A program made the position numbers and the translations under genes. DNA of 64,000 nucleotides. It comes from Candidatus Krumholzibacteriia bacterium. GTDB taxonomy: Bacteria; Krumholzibacteriota; Krumholzibacteriia; LZORAL124-64-63. This document shows, piece by piece, positions 31,401 to 40,375 of this stretch. Location: NCBI GenBank assembly GCA_024762975.1, contig JANTGJ010000004.1:2002-66001 (forward strand), given 5' to 3'. The notes under the pieces are model-generated. The model was not told where the DNA came from. It worked only from the letters and a program-made list of their open reading frames with translations, and did not search any database. The first letter of the stretch is position 1. Every line of letters starts with the position of its first letter.

Positions 31401-31562
31401 TTGGTACGGAAGCTGATCGACGGGAATCGCGCGTCCGGGCGGGGTCATGTGATGTGGGATGGCCGCGACGACGTTGGCGGTTCCGTGGCCACGGGCGTCT
31501 ACTTCTACGAGGCGCGCACCGACGGCGAGGTGAAGGTGGAGAAGCTGCTTCTACTGAAGTAG
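28437..31562 (+). CDS. large secreted protein with T9SS/FlgD-Ig-like C-terminal sorting domain, function unknown
   Basis: Signal peptide MCRQMILICVLAVPLIAGSSQA. C-terminus NPFNPATRIDYQMPRDGHLRLRIYDVRGQLVRKL...WDGRDDVGGSVATGVYFYEART...KLLLLK matches the T9SS type-A CTD consensus. No HExxH or other catalytic motif seen. Confidence 0.8.
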   Translation: MCRQMILICVLAVPLIAGSSQAAKKPMISADPGGILRGGSAVSAIAARDSLLLIGPWGSGAPYNGQFETPDGAPAWNGWTSVDVTQATTSHWHVDTYNVVSGAYSAWCGEMAIPACNEFDPAGGYAGGYDELLSWVRQVPDNSLPATINISATANHDVEPGYDFVHLGYFKNDQEIAYLWTADGIGEQVSVNGNVTYLPGEYTGEYGDQVRITWHVTSDGGWDDGDCSYYGDGALQVDDITVTMLYDGAVVETFDDFENGTLGNWAPEFPAGVGNYAHLRGGLGDLDPCASNPSPQVCFIADETMLNERGLPLASCTDWCYDPGGYVVNYDGGLAGPDFHLNNVVWSPVINWPIPGYTGLDLDFDCYLHEELAMDSPGIFVLWDLRSIVDGKVVETAAKDRRFLYYGGPEYRRFDLWDLADFVEPGATGFQIGLEVFEAGYIYGWCGVNGTPAPYFDNVRLSAFALEGLSFWASEGMLAQDAFPADGQIHTGTDLGLNDVRFDMARDISADSDLRNDPGDSIVVVINANEIGATLVETDVDATVTAPRLHFVIDANEVFGADLRLPVGAFTCDSEGPTVLSGEITSIGEGRITGWVAGAPAERDGYVSVDSWMFDLPDADLLYPGDELHYYIEAWDEKDGQYRRATLPADITDWDNFQDPRYYRPEFTFRALPTLQDADGAHPGILLWNDTADEGGRYAWHFALLRNSYEPGLDYDVFYTNYPTAGIGNGLGGRATLAQIEGYDTILYTSGGMDGFTITPQDYTRDAGDDIGLLTAWLETGGKNLFATGDDLASDLWDNGEAEGQALLADWFGISVVEDDMRPMSGGALEYAVVPAAGSSLFPAPDSWVVSGGCPGLNRFDAVQATTGTTEALFVGNGNDLSAATRRIAANGSQVVSMPYDLSNIVDVRDPDDPGGLLPMPVRAEVLGSVLTSFGWPPGTNQWTGTEAPAAIFATSAHPNPFNPATRIDYQMPRDGHLRLRIYDVRGQLVRKLIDGNRASGRGHVMWDGRDDVGGSVATGVYFYEARTDGEVKVEKLLLLK

Positions 31563-31633
31563 TTGTCGCTGCGCGAGATGAGGCCCCGGACGCCGGACGT
31601 CCGGGGCCTTCCATGGCGGGGGAAGTTGCCGAC

Positions 31634-32857
31634 TCAGCCGATCAGCCCCGTATCCCGGCACACACTCTCGATCTGCGCGATCCGGTCCTCGAGGTCGCCG
31701 GTGTATCCGATCGCGATGCGCAGCAGTCCCGGCGACAGCCCCATGTCGCGCTGTTCCTCTTCCGGAATTTCGGACGAGGTCGAACTGCCCGAACACGAGA
31801 TCAGGGTATCGAAGTAGCCCAGCGAAACGGCGATGTAGCCGAAGTCCTCGCGGTTCTGGAGCATCTCCATGACCTCTTCAGCTTTCTCGCGCGTACCGCA
31901 GTCCAGGGTCAGCATACCGCCGTAACCGTAGCCCTCGTTCACCATCGAGGCGTACAACTCGTGTTGTGGGTGCGAGGGCAGTCCGGGGTATGTGACCGGG
32001 GCCTTCAGCTCGTGCAGGCGCTCGGCCATCGCCAGGGCACGGCGACTGTGCTCGCGCATGCGCAAGGGCAGGTGCGGCAGGCGCTGATGGATATCGAAAG
32101 CCGTGCGCGGGTCCATCGTCGGTCCCAACAGCATGACGCGGCCGGTGTGCAGGTCCATCAGCTCGAAGATGAATTCGCGGGTGCCGAGGATCGCGCCCGC
32201 GACGACATCGCTGGCCCCGTTGATGTACTTGGTCATCGAATAGACGACGACATCGGCACCCATTTGGCTGGGAGTGATCATCGCCGGGGTGAAGGTGTTG
32301 TCGACGACGAGCTTCGCACCATGGCGGTGGGCGATGTCGGCCAGGGAGGGGATGTCGGCGACTTTCAGGGTCGGATTGCCGAGAGCCTCAACGTAGATGG
32401 CCTTGGTGTTGTCCCGGATGGCGGCCTCGAAACCGGCCGTGTCCGTGGGGTCGACGAAGGTCGTCGTTACGCCCATCGAGGGCAGCATGTCCTGGAACAG
32501 AGCGTGTGTTCCGCCATACACGGTATTGCTGGCTACGATGTGGTCGCCGGCTTTGCAGATCTGCAGAATCGCACAGGCAATCGCCGAGATGCCGCTGGCC
32601 GTGCAAATGCCGAACTCCATGCCGTCCATGGCCGCCAAGTCGCACGCCAGCAGATGTACGGTGGGATTGAAGTGGCGGCTGTACAGATAGCAACCGTCCT
32701 GTTCGTGCCCGAGGGTGCCGGCGAAGATCTCCGGCATCGTGCCGGGGTGCATGACGGTGAAGGTCGACGAGCGCTCGATGGACGGCGCCACACCGCCGTG
32801 TTCGCCGAACTCGCGCCGGATCGCGACAAGGGCTTTTTCGGGATTGAAGTGTTGCAT
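31634..32857 (-). CDS. Cys/Met-metabolism PLP-dependent enzyme (methionine gamma-lyase / O-acetylhomoserine sulfhydrylase-like)
   Basis: YSRHFNPT, the PLP-lysine block VVYSMTKYINGASDVVAG, and C-terminal LLRIAIGYTGDLEDRI. ATG at 32857. Confidence 0.85.
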   Translation of the reverse strand: MQHFNPEKALVAIRREFGEHGGVAPSIERSSTFTVMHPGTMPEIFAGTLGHEQDGCYLYSRHFNPTVHLLACDLAAMDGMEFGICTASGISAIACAILQICKAGDHIVASNTVYGGTHALFQDMLPSMGVTTTFVDPTDTAGFEAAIRDNTKAIYVEALGNPTLKVADIPSLADIAHRHGAKLVVDNTFTPAMITPSQMGADVVVYSMTKYINGASDVVAGAILGTREFIFELMDLHTGRVMLLGPTMDPRTAFDIHQRLPHLPLRMREHSRRALAMAERLHELKAPVTYPGLPSHPQHELYASMVNEGYGYGGMLTLDCGTREKAEEVMEMLQNREDFGYIAVSLGYFDTLISCSGSSTSSEIPEEEQRDMGLSPGLLRIAIGYTGDLEDRIAQIESVCRDTGLIG

Positions 32858-33062
32858 CACACTCACCTCTTGGTCTAGGGTTGCGTTGATATATAATACT
32901 CGGCACGTCAACAGTAAAACCGAATTTTATTCGCACACTGTCTGTCTTGTTTGGGGAAAATGCGGCAAGTTTCCCCGCTGGCCGCAGAGTGGGGCGAGGT
33001 GTGGTCTCTTGGCCGCACTTCCCGCGCTCCGTTCCCGGAAGTCGGCATCAGAAAGGATCTTC

Positions 33063-34130
33063 ATGACCTGCCCGCTGTTTTCACCCTTCCGGCAGCGCGA
33101 CATCGAGATGCGCAATCGAATCGCGGTTTCTCCGATGTGCACGTACTCCTGCAACGCGGGGCAGGCTACCGACTGGCATTTGGCGCACCTGGGTGCTCGA
33201 GCGATCGGTGGCGCTGGTCTGGTGATGGCCGAGGCGGCCGCCGTGTTGCCCGAAGGCAGGATCAGCCCGTCGGATCTGGGCGTCTGGCAGGATGGCCAGG
33301 TCGAACCACTGGCCCGCGTGTTCCGATTTCTGAAAGAGTACGGAGCGGTGCCTGCGATCCAGTTGGCACACGCAGGGCGCAAGGCCGGCACGATGCCGCC
33401 GTGGGAAGGCGGCCGGCCGGCGGATCAGCAGCAGGGGGGCTGGCCCGAGATCTTCGCACCGTCGGCGCTTCCTTTTGATCGAGGCTACGTGACGCCGACC
33501 GAGCTGGATACGGCCGGTATCGAACGAGTGATCGCGGCTTTCGTCAGTGCGACGCAGCGGATGCTCGATGCCGGCGCCGAGGTCGTGGAGATCCACTCGG
33601 CACACGGCTATTTGCTGCATCAGTTCCTCTCCCCGCTCAGCAATCGTCGCACGGACCGCTATGGAGGCAATTTCGAGAATCGCACCCGTCTGGTGCGCGA
33701 AGTCGTTTCTGCGGTTCGAGCGGTCTGGCCCGAGCGACTGCCGCTTTGGCTGCGCATCTCGTGCACCGACTGGGTCGATGGAGGTTGGAACCCGGAGGAG
33801 TCCGTCGAATTGGCGCGTGCCGTCGGCGAGTTGGGTGTCGATCTGATCGATTGTTCGTCCGGTGGGGCGGTGCCGGATGCGGTGATCCCGGCTGCTGCGG
33901 ACTTTCAGGTTCCGTTCGCCGAAAAGATCCGGCAGGAGAGCGGCCTGGCCACCGGCGCGGTCGGGCTGATCACCGAAGCGAAGCAGGCCGAGGCCATCAT
34001 CGCCGGCGAACGGGCCGATGTGGTCTTGATCGGTCGCGAGTTCCTGCGTCGCCCGCAGTGGCCGCTGGCCGCAGCGATCGAGCTGGGAGAAACGCCTCCG
34101 TTGCCGCGTCAGTACGAGCGCGGATTCTAG
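33063..34130 (+). CDS. namA: NADH:flavin oxidoreductase, Old Yellow Enzyme (YqjM/NamA type)
   Basis: RNRIAVSPMCTYS...DWHLAHLGARAIGGAGLVMAEA...IQLAHAGRK...EIHSAHGYLLHQFLSPLSNRRTD. Confidence 0.9.
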   Translation: MTCPLFSPFRQRDIEMRNRIAVSPMCTYSCNAGQATDWHLAHLGARAIGGAGLVMAEAAAVLPEGRISPSDLGVWQDGQVEPLARVFRFLKEYGAVPAIQLAHAGRKAGTMPPWEGGRPADQQQGGWPEIFAPSALPFDRGYVTPTELDTAGIERVIAAFVSATQRMLDAGAEVVEIHSAHGYLLHQFLSPLSNRRTDRYGGNFENRTRLVREVVSAVRAVWPERLPLWLRISCTDWVDGGWNPEESVELARAVGELGVDLIDCSSGGAVPDAVIPAAADFQVPFAEKIRQESGLATGAVGLITEAKQAEAIIAGERADVVLIGREFLRRPQWPLAAAIELGETPPLPRQYERGF

Positions 34131-34561
34131 TCCTGCTGGACCTGGGCGATCAGATCCTGCAGGGCCCGTTTGAATCCGGGCTCCAGATCGCAGACCGCGC
34201 GCTCTTTCGGGTCGATCGCCGCGTGATCGACTCGTGTCCGTGCTGCGAGGACTCCGCCTTCAGCGAAAAAGGAACAAGTAAATCCCACGGACCGGCTTCC
34301 CAGTTTGTGCAGGGCGACTGCGACCTCGTACCGATCGCCCAGACGCATGGGGAGGTGGTATTCGGCAACGGCCTGAACGATCGGCAGGTGATGCAATCGT
34401 CCGGCGACCATATCAGCGATGGGATAGCCGATCTGAACCAGCAGTTCCTCGGTGACCTCGTGTGCGATTTCCATCAGGCGCGGATAGAACAGCACACCGG
34501 CGGCGTCGGTGTGCCGCAGGACGATCGAAAACTGGGTCCGGTAGATGATCGGGTCGCTCAT
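34127..34561 (-). CDS. hotdog-fold acyl-CoA thioesterase (4HBT/YbgC-like)
   Basis: This 144-aa product, MSDPIIYRTQFSIVLRHTDAAGVLFYPRLMEIAHE..., is the typical 4HBT N-terminus. Only this 3' part of track ORF 34127..35998 looks real. Confidence 0.8.
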   Translation of the reverse strand: MSDPIIYRTQFSIVLRHTDAAGVLFYPRLMEIAHEVTEELLVQIGYPIADMVAGRLHHLPIVQAVAEYHLPMRLGDRYEVAVALHKLGSRSVGFTCSFFAEGGVLAARTRVDHAAIDPKERAVCDLEPGFKRALQDLIAQVQQD

Positions 34562-34629
34562 GGTCTCCGCCCGGCTGGGGTACAAGGGATTCTGCCCCGA
34601 TGATCCGGTCCTGCCCGGTGGAACGCAAG

Positions 34630-35925
34630 CTACAATCGGGCCACGCCGATCCACGCCGCATGCATCGCCGAGACCATGACGAGATAGATGGTCCGAGCGC
34701 GCGTCGGGCTGACACCCGGCAAGCGGTACTCCAGACTGCTGGTCGGGCAGTGGCTGAGGCAATCTCCGCAGAGGGTGCAGGCTTCGGCCGGCACCCGTTT
34801 CAGCACATCCTCGGGGTAGAGCGCATCGAAGCGGCAGGCCGCCGTGCAGGCGCCGCAATCGGTGCAGGTATCGGAGATCTTCAGGCGCCACGGCGAGACC
34901 TTGCCCAGACGCGTGGCCACCCATCCCATCGGACACCAGGTCGTGCAATGCGTCATGTGTCCTGTTCGGCGGGACCACCAGGCCATGATGCCCACCCCAA
35001 CCAGCCCAAAGCCCGCGGCCAGCCAGCCGGCAGTCCAGGTTCCGACCCCGAACCGGCCCAGGGCGAAAGCGGTGCCGAAGACCAGAATCAGGATTCCCAG
35101 CCGTGCCCTGGGTCGCCACTTCGGCAGTGCGCCCGGACGTTTGCGTCCTCGCGCGGCGTAGTTGTCCCAGGCGCCGATATAACAGAGCCACGAGCACCAG
35201 CCGGGACCGACCAACAGCACCGAGGCCGAGAACAGAATGGCCATGAAGAGGCCGCTGCCGCGGTACAGGGGACCGGCTGCGATCAGGGCAGGAACGGGCA
35301 GGTGCAGCTTGCCGGTCATCAGCAATTTCTCGACACCGGAGACACCGAGCACCAATTGTACGAAAAAGACCACCGAGAACAGCAGCCACACCCGCGGTCG
35401 CAGGCGTTTGATCTGGCGGGGTTCGCGCAGTTTGTCGGCGAGCCATCCGGCGTACATCGCCAGCAGGAAGGCCTCCCACCAGCCGGCGGTCGGCAGGAAG
35501 CGCTCGGCAAGAATCGCTTGTAGATCCACGAAGATCTGTACCGGTACGAGCAGGAACGCGACCAGCAGGAATGCGCTCAGGCCGGGGCCGACCGGATCGT
35601 TTTGCGGGAGTCGGCTCTTGCGGCCACGGGTTTCCAACGGCAGGCCCGACAAGGCGGTCAGCAGCGCGACTCCCCCCAGAATCACGACCATGCGCAGGTA
35701 GGGCAGGCCGATCTCCTGCCGAATCTCGACCAGGGTGCGAAGCGTCAGGAACCACTCGAGTGCTCCGGCCAGCATCATCAGCTGAACGGCCCGGTCCACC
35801 CAGCGGCGCTTCATCAGCAATGCGAAGGGGACGGTCAGCCACAGCCCCATCAGACCGGGTTCGCCGCCACGGCTGTGATGGGCGACCAGGATCATACTGC
35901 AGAGGATCAGGAGGATGTAACGCAT
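34630..35925 (-). CDS. polytopic membrane 4Fe-4S ferredoxin-type protein (NapH/NosR-like)
   Basis: Multiple TM helices, CxxCxxCxxxC-type motifs (CTDCGACTAAC, CTLCGDCLSHCP), and CSWLC / HCTTWCP motifs typical of the NapH family. Confidence 0.8.
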   Translation of the reverse strand: MRYILLILCSMILVAHHSRGGEPGLMGLWLTVPFALLMKRRWVDRAVQLMMLAGALEWFLTLRTLVEIRQEIGLPYLRMVVILGGVALLTALSGLPLETRGRKSRLPQNDPVGPGLSAFLLVAFLLVPVQIFVDLQAILAERFLPTAGWWEAFLLAMYAGWLADKLREPRQIKRLRPRVWLLFSVVFFVQLVLGVSGVEKLLMTGKLHLPVPALIAAGPLYRGSGLFMAILFSASVLLVGPGWCSWLCYIGAWDNYAARGRKRPGALPKWRPRARLGILILVFGTAFALGRFGVGTWTAGWLAAGFGLVGVGIMAWWSRRTGHMTHCTTWCPMGWVATRLGKVSPWRLKISDTCTDCGACTAACRFDALYPEDVLKRVPAEACTLCGDCLSHCPTSSLEYRLPGVSPTRARTIYLVMVSAMHAAWIGVARL

Positions 35926-36062
35926 CGGGACCTCGCGAAATCGAACGCCGGTTGAGACCATTTGTGGACAACGTAGTCCACAAATCGCGGAAAGCCAAAC
36001 GGCGACCGTGTGGGGCTCGCGCGACGAAAGTCTTCCCTGCGGACCGCCCTGGTCGGAGCTCG

Positions 36063-36767
36063 TCAACTCTCCTTGACCAGCAGCTTGAATCCCTGACCGT
36101 GAATCGTACGGATTTCTACCCGCGCATCCTGTTGCAGGTACTTGCGCAGGCGCGAAATGAAGACGTCCATGCTGCGGCCGGCGTGGTAGTTGTCGTCGCC
36201 CCAGAGACGGCGCAGGGCGAACGATCGCTCCAATACGCGGTCGTGGTGCAGACAGAGCAATTCGAGCAGGTCGCTTTCGCGGCCGGTCAGTTTGCGATGT
36301 TCCCCGTCGTACTCGAGTGTCTGGTCGGCGTGGTGGAAAATGTAGCGGCCCAGTTCGATGCGGTGGGGCGGGGGCGCCGCCGTTTCGGGTGGGTTGCCGG
36401 TGCGTCTGAGGACGGCCTGGATCCGCAGGAGCAGCTCCTCCATACTGAAGGGCTTGGTGACATAATCGTCGCAGCCGATGCGGAAGCCCTCGACGCGGTC
36501 TTCGGTGAGTGATCGCGCCGTCAGGAAGATGAGCGGCGTTTCATCCCCTTGGGCCCGGAGTCGCCGGGCGAATTCGAATCCGTCGAGAACGGGCATCATC
36601 ACATCGACCAGACAGAGATCGAAGTCTCCGACGCCGAAGGCATCGAGACCCGCCTGGCCATCCCGGCACAATCGTACCGGGAAGCCCTCTTCCACCAGCG
36701 ACTCCTCGATGATCAGGCCCAGATTGGGATCGTCCTCCAGGAGCAGGATGCGTGCGGGTGCGCTCAT
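36063..36767 (-). CDS. OmpR/PhoB-family response regulator
   Basis: Receiver domain (ILLLEDD, DLCLVDVMMP, KPF) and a winged-helix C-terminus. Confidence 0.9.
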   Translation of the reverse strand: MSAPARILLLEDDPNLGLIIEESLVEEGFPVRLCRDGQAGLDAFGVGDFDLCLVDVMMPVLDGFEFARRLRAQGDETPLIFLTARSLTEDRVEGFRIGCDDYVTKPFSMEELLLRIQAVLRRTGNPPETAAPPPHRIELGRYIFHHADQTLEYDGEHRKLTGRESDLLELLCLHHDRVLERSFALRRLWGDDNYHAGRSMDVFISRLRKYLQQDARVEIRTIHGQGFKLLVKES

Positions 36768-38356
36768 GATTCGACCTCGTCTTCCGGGGCTCCTGCGCCG
36801 GCGCCATCGGCCAGTGGGAAGTCCAGTTCGACTTTCGTCCCGTGACTCGGCGAGCTGTTCAGGATCACATTGCCGCCGTGCGCTTCCACCAGCAGGCGTA
36901 CGAAGCTGAGCCCCAGGCCGAAACCCTTGACGTCGTGGCGGTCACCGGTCGAACAACGGAAGTACCGCTCGAACACGCGCTCCTGGTCGGCCGGGTCGAT
37001 GCCGATGCCCTGATCCTGCACGCTCAGGTGCAATCGTTGATCCCGCGAAATCGTGGCCACGCAAACCATCGGGGCCGAGGGTGAATACTTGATCGCGTTG
37101 TCGATCAGATTGGTCAGCACATTACCCAGGTGCACGGGATCGCCCAGCAGCTGTGCCTGATCCGCACCGAGGTCGAGGACCAACGCTCCGCCGCGCTGTT
37201 CGATCTGCAGGGCGAAGGTGTCGGCGATATCACGTGCGAGCTCGTGCAGGTCGACCGGTACCAGGTTCAACTGGAAATCGCCCGATTCGAGCTGGGCCAG
37301 CTGCAGGATCTTTTCGACCAGGCGGCGCATGCGCATGTTCTCGTCGCGGATCATGTGATTGTAACGCTGTAGGGCCTCGGGACGGTCGACGATATCCGGC
37401 CGGCCGATCGCTTCGCTGGCCAGGGAGACCGTTGAGATCGGCGTCTTGAACTCGTGCGTCATGTTGTTGATGAAATCAGCCATTCGGCCCGCAAAGCGAT
37501 GCTGTTTGCGGATCGTGCCGAGCGTCAGCACGAAGGCCAGAACGATCACGCCCATGAACAGGATCGAGGCAGCCAGCAGCGGTCCGATGCTTTCGAGCAG
37601 AAAGATCCGCTCGCCGGGGAAGTGCAACGCGATCTCGTAGATGCCGGGCGCCAGATCCATCGGAAACAAAGCGACCCGGAATCGTGATTGCTGCAGTTTT
37701 CGTTCCTCGTCCGGGCTCGGGTAGGTCTCGCTGGTCAGGACCAACGAATCCGATTCCTGGGAGATCACTCCGAAGTGGGGAGGCAGATCGATACCCACGT
37801 TGACCAGGTTGCGTCGCAGAAGCGTATCGAGACGCGCGGGAACCAGCCGCTCGCGAATCGGACGGGGCCGCTGAATGACCAGATCGTCCACGACCCGGTG
37901 GATGAACTGGGCGCGTTCGGCGCTCACCACGACGGCCAGGTTGTCCGATTCGAACAGGCTGTCGGTGTGAACCATGGACCAGGCGTGCGAGGGGCTCGTA
38001 CCGAATCGGGCGGAGATATCGAGATCGATGTCGGGTGCCTCGACGCGGGTGGTGTCGGCAACGAACAGGTTCCCGTCCGGTCGCCGAACTTCGATTTTTC
38101 GCCAGAGCGGCGCTACGCGCTCGTGTTCTCCGAAGCGGTACATCACATCCAGGGCGCCTTCGGCGATCTCGTCCTTTTCCAGATCGAGAGCCGTCGTCGA
38201 CAGCGCGGTCAGCACGTTGCGCTGGAAGGCCTGGTTCTTCAGGTTCCAGGCGATATTCAACAGGGCCAGCTGTACCGCGAGAATGCCCGCCAAAGAGACG
38301 GTGATCATCGCGACGACGAGCCGGGTTCTGCGTTCCTTCGATTTCATGGTCCCCAT
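36764..38356 (-). CDS. sensor histidine kinase (two TM, HisKA + HATPase_c)
   Basis: H-box MTHEFKTPIS, N-box NLIDNAIKYS, G-boxes DQGIGI and GFGLGLS. 4-nt overlap with the response regulator. Start is the ATG at 38356 or 38347. Confidence 0.9.
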   Translation of the reverse strand: MGTMKSKERRTRLVVAMITVSLAGILAVQLALLNIAWNLKNQAFQRNVLTALSTTALDLEKDEIAEGALDVMYRFGEHERVAPLWRKIEVRRPDGNLFVADTTRVEAPDIDLDISARFGTSPSHAWSMVHTDSLFESDNLAVVVSAERAQFIHRVVDDLVIQRPRPIRERLVPARLDTLLRRNLVNVGIDLPPHFGVISQESDSLVLTSETYPSPDEERKLQQSRFRVALFPMDLAPGIYEIALHFPGERIFLLESIGPLLAASILFMGVIVLAFVLTLGTIRKQHRFAGRMADFINNMTHEFKTPISTVSLASEAIGRPDIVDRPEALQRYNHMIRDENMRMRRLVEKILQLAQLESGDFQLNLVPVDLHELARDIADTFALQIEQRGGALVLDLGADQAQLLGDPVHLGNVLTNLIDNAIKYSPSAPMVCVATISRDQRLHLSVQDQGIGIDPADQERVFERYFRCSTGDRHDVKGFGLGLSFVRLLVEAHGGNVILNSSPSHGTKVELDFPLADGAGAGAPEDEVES

Positions 38357-38525
38357 GATAACCCTTTTGCAGGCGCCAGAACCACTGTCCTGGTCAGGAT
38401 TAACAACATTTAACGTTGGTTGACATTCGTTCACTGGGCGATGCGGGAGGCCTGGCTTATGCTGGAAATTGTTCCCGTCGCTCCATTCCCGAGCGGCGCA
38501 CGCCCACCTCGAGTTGGAGAACGAT

Positions 38526-39815
38526 ATGAACCGAGCGAAAGCAATTTGGATCCCGATCATCCTACTGGGCTGGGCGATGACCGTGGTCGCGGCCCCGGCC
38601 TGGAATGGTTCGATTGAAGAGAACGATGGCTGGAGTACGGTCAACAATCCGCGCTCCCCGATCGGAGAGCGGGAAGTGATCGAAACCGATCTCCTGTGGC
38701 GGATCGGCGGCGAGGAAGAGGATGTCCTTTTCGGCCTGATCGAGGATGCGGTGGTGGACGAGGAGGGCAACGCCTACCTGCTCGATACCGTCCTCAGTAC
38801 GATCCATGTGGTCAGTCCCACCGGCGAGGTCGAGCGCACCCTCAGCCGCGAGGGCGATGGGCCCGGCGAGTTCCGTTTCGCTCGCGAGCTGAGGTTTCTG
38901 CCCGATGGTGCGCTGGGCATCATGGAAATGATGCCAGGCAGGATCGTCTCGGTCGATCGGCAGGGTACGCCGCGGCCTTCCTTCGCGCTCGGTGATCAGG
39001 GGCAGGGTGTGATGAATCACCTGTCGCACATCGCGGCCAACGGGACGAATGTGCTGATCGGCCAGATCGTCACCAATTTCGGCAACGGTGTCTCGACGAC
39101 AGTCCACAGCTTGGCCAGCTACGATGCCGGGGGCAATCAACTGGCGGTGATCCGCGAGCATCGGGACGAGCAACGGGGTGACAACATCAGCCTCGATTTC
39201 GGCGGCGGCGAAAACGACTTCACGCGCCGGTTCTCTTTGTGTCCCGATGGCCGCGTCGTCCTGTTCCCGGAGGCGGGTGGATATCGGATGGAGATCCTCG
39301 ACATCCAGGGAGTTCGCCGGAAGGTCATCCGTCGCGACTACGAATCGGTTCGCCGCTCGAAGCAGGATCTGGATGATCAACGCAAGCAGGCCGAGGCCAT
39401 GCGCGAACGGTTCCAGGGTGACGTCGAGATGCGGATCGAGGAATGGGCCCGGGATATCTCCGATGTGATCGTTCGTCCCGATGGTGCGTTGTGGGTCGTC
39501 AACAGTCAGGGCGACCGCGACCGGACGGACGGTACCATCGGCTGGTTCGATGTTTTCGACCACGATGGTCGCTACACCCACCGCCTGGCTTTGCGTGCCG
39601 ACTACGATCCGGATCGTGACAACTACGTCGTGACCGGCAATTCCCTTTTCGTCTTCAAGGAGGCCCAGAAGGCTCCGCCGCGCACCTCGACGATGGGCGG
39701 CGCCGGTGGTGGCATGATGGTCATGATGGTGTCCGGGGGCACACCGGACGAGGAAGAGGACGAGGAGGAGGAGGCGCTTCCCTACGAGGTGATCTGCTAC
39801 CGCTTGCCCGATTGA
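38526..39815 (+). CDS. secreted beta-propeller protein (6-bladed, NHL-like) with acidic C-terminal tail
   Basis: Signal peptide MNRAKAIWIPIILLGWAMTVVAAPA. Repeated blade-like segments and a DEEEDEEEE tail. Weak family assignment. Confidence 0.6.
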   Translation: MNRAKAIWIPIILLGWAMTVVAAPAWNGSIEENDGWSTVNNPRSPIGEREVIETDLLWRIGGEEEDVLFGLIEDAVVDEEGNAYLLDTVLSTIHVVSPTGEVERTLSREGDGPGEFRFARELRFLPDGALGIMEMMPGRIVSVDRQGTPRPSFALGDQGQGVMNHLSHIAANGTNVLIGQIVTNFGNGVSTTVHSLASYDAGGNQLAVIREHRDEQRGDNISLDFGGGENDFTRRFSLCPDGRVVLFPEAGGYRMEILDIQGVRRKVIRRDYESVRRSKQDLDDQRKQAEAMRERFQGDVEMRIEEWARDISDVIVRPDGALWVVNSQGDRDRTDGTIGWFDVFDHDGRYTHRLALRADYDPDRDNYVVTGNSLFVFKEAQKAPPRTSTMGGAGGGMMVMMVSGGTPDEEEDEEEEALPYEVICYRLPD

Positions 39816-39915
39816 AGGGGTTTTCCCACACCGGGCTCAAGCTGCGTGAATCAGATCCGATAGGGTACGTGGAATCATTACCTGTCGGCATCGGTCGAAT
39901 CGGAGTGGATACACC

Positions 39916-40353
39916 ATGGCAGCATTGGAATGGAGTGACGCCCTGAGCGTCGGGATTCCGCAATCGGACGACGAGCACAAGAAGCTGGTCGAGATCTTCA
40001 ACGAACTGGACGAGGCGGCACGTACGGGCAAGGGCACACGGATCATGAGCGACGTCCTGGCCCGGTTGATTGACTACACCGTCGAGCATTTCGAGTCCGA
40101 AGAAAAACTGATGCAGGAGGCGGATTTTCCGGCCCTGGAGCTTCATATCAAGCAGCACCGCCAACTCGTGAAGAAAGTTGGCCGCTTCCGTCAGCAATTC
40201 CACGCCAATGGCAGGCGCATCACCAAGGAGATGCTCGAATTCCTGAACTACTGGCTGACGAATCACATCCTGGTCGATGATATGGCCTTCGGAAAATTCG
40301 TTACCGAAGGATCGTCGGCAACGGCCCCGGCAGAGGCGGAGCCGGTGGGCTGA
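39916..40353 (+). CDS. bacteriohemerythrin
   Basis: WSDALSVGIPQSDDEHKKLV...VEHFESEE...HIKQHRQL...NWLTNHILVDD contains the hemerythrin His/Glu/Asp iron ligand pattern. Confidence 0.85.
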   Translation: MAALEWSDALSVGIPQSDDEHKKLVEIFNELDEAARTGKGTRIMSDVLARLIDYTVEHFESEEKLMQEADFPALELHIKQHRQLVKKVGRFRQQFHANGRRITKEMLEFLNYWLTNHILVDDMAFGKFVTEGSSATAPAEAEPVG

Positions 40354-40375
40354 TCCACTCCTGATGGTCGGCGAG

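Noticed and set aside
34127-34130. Convergent OYE and thioesterase genes share overlapping stop codons in the palindrome CTAG.
   Set aside because: It is real but probably a trivial consequence of tight packing. No hairpin or regulatory element is evident.
34562-35998. N-terminal 479 aa of track ORF 34127..35998 (623 aa).
   Set aside because: Only the last 144 aa form a hotdog thioesterase with its own ATG (34561). The upstream part is an alternative frame of the real 4Fe-4S membrane protein gene (34630..35925).
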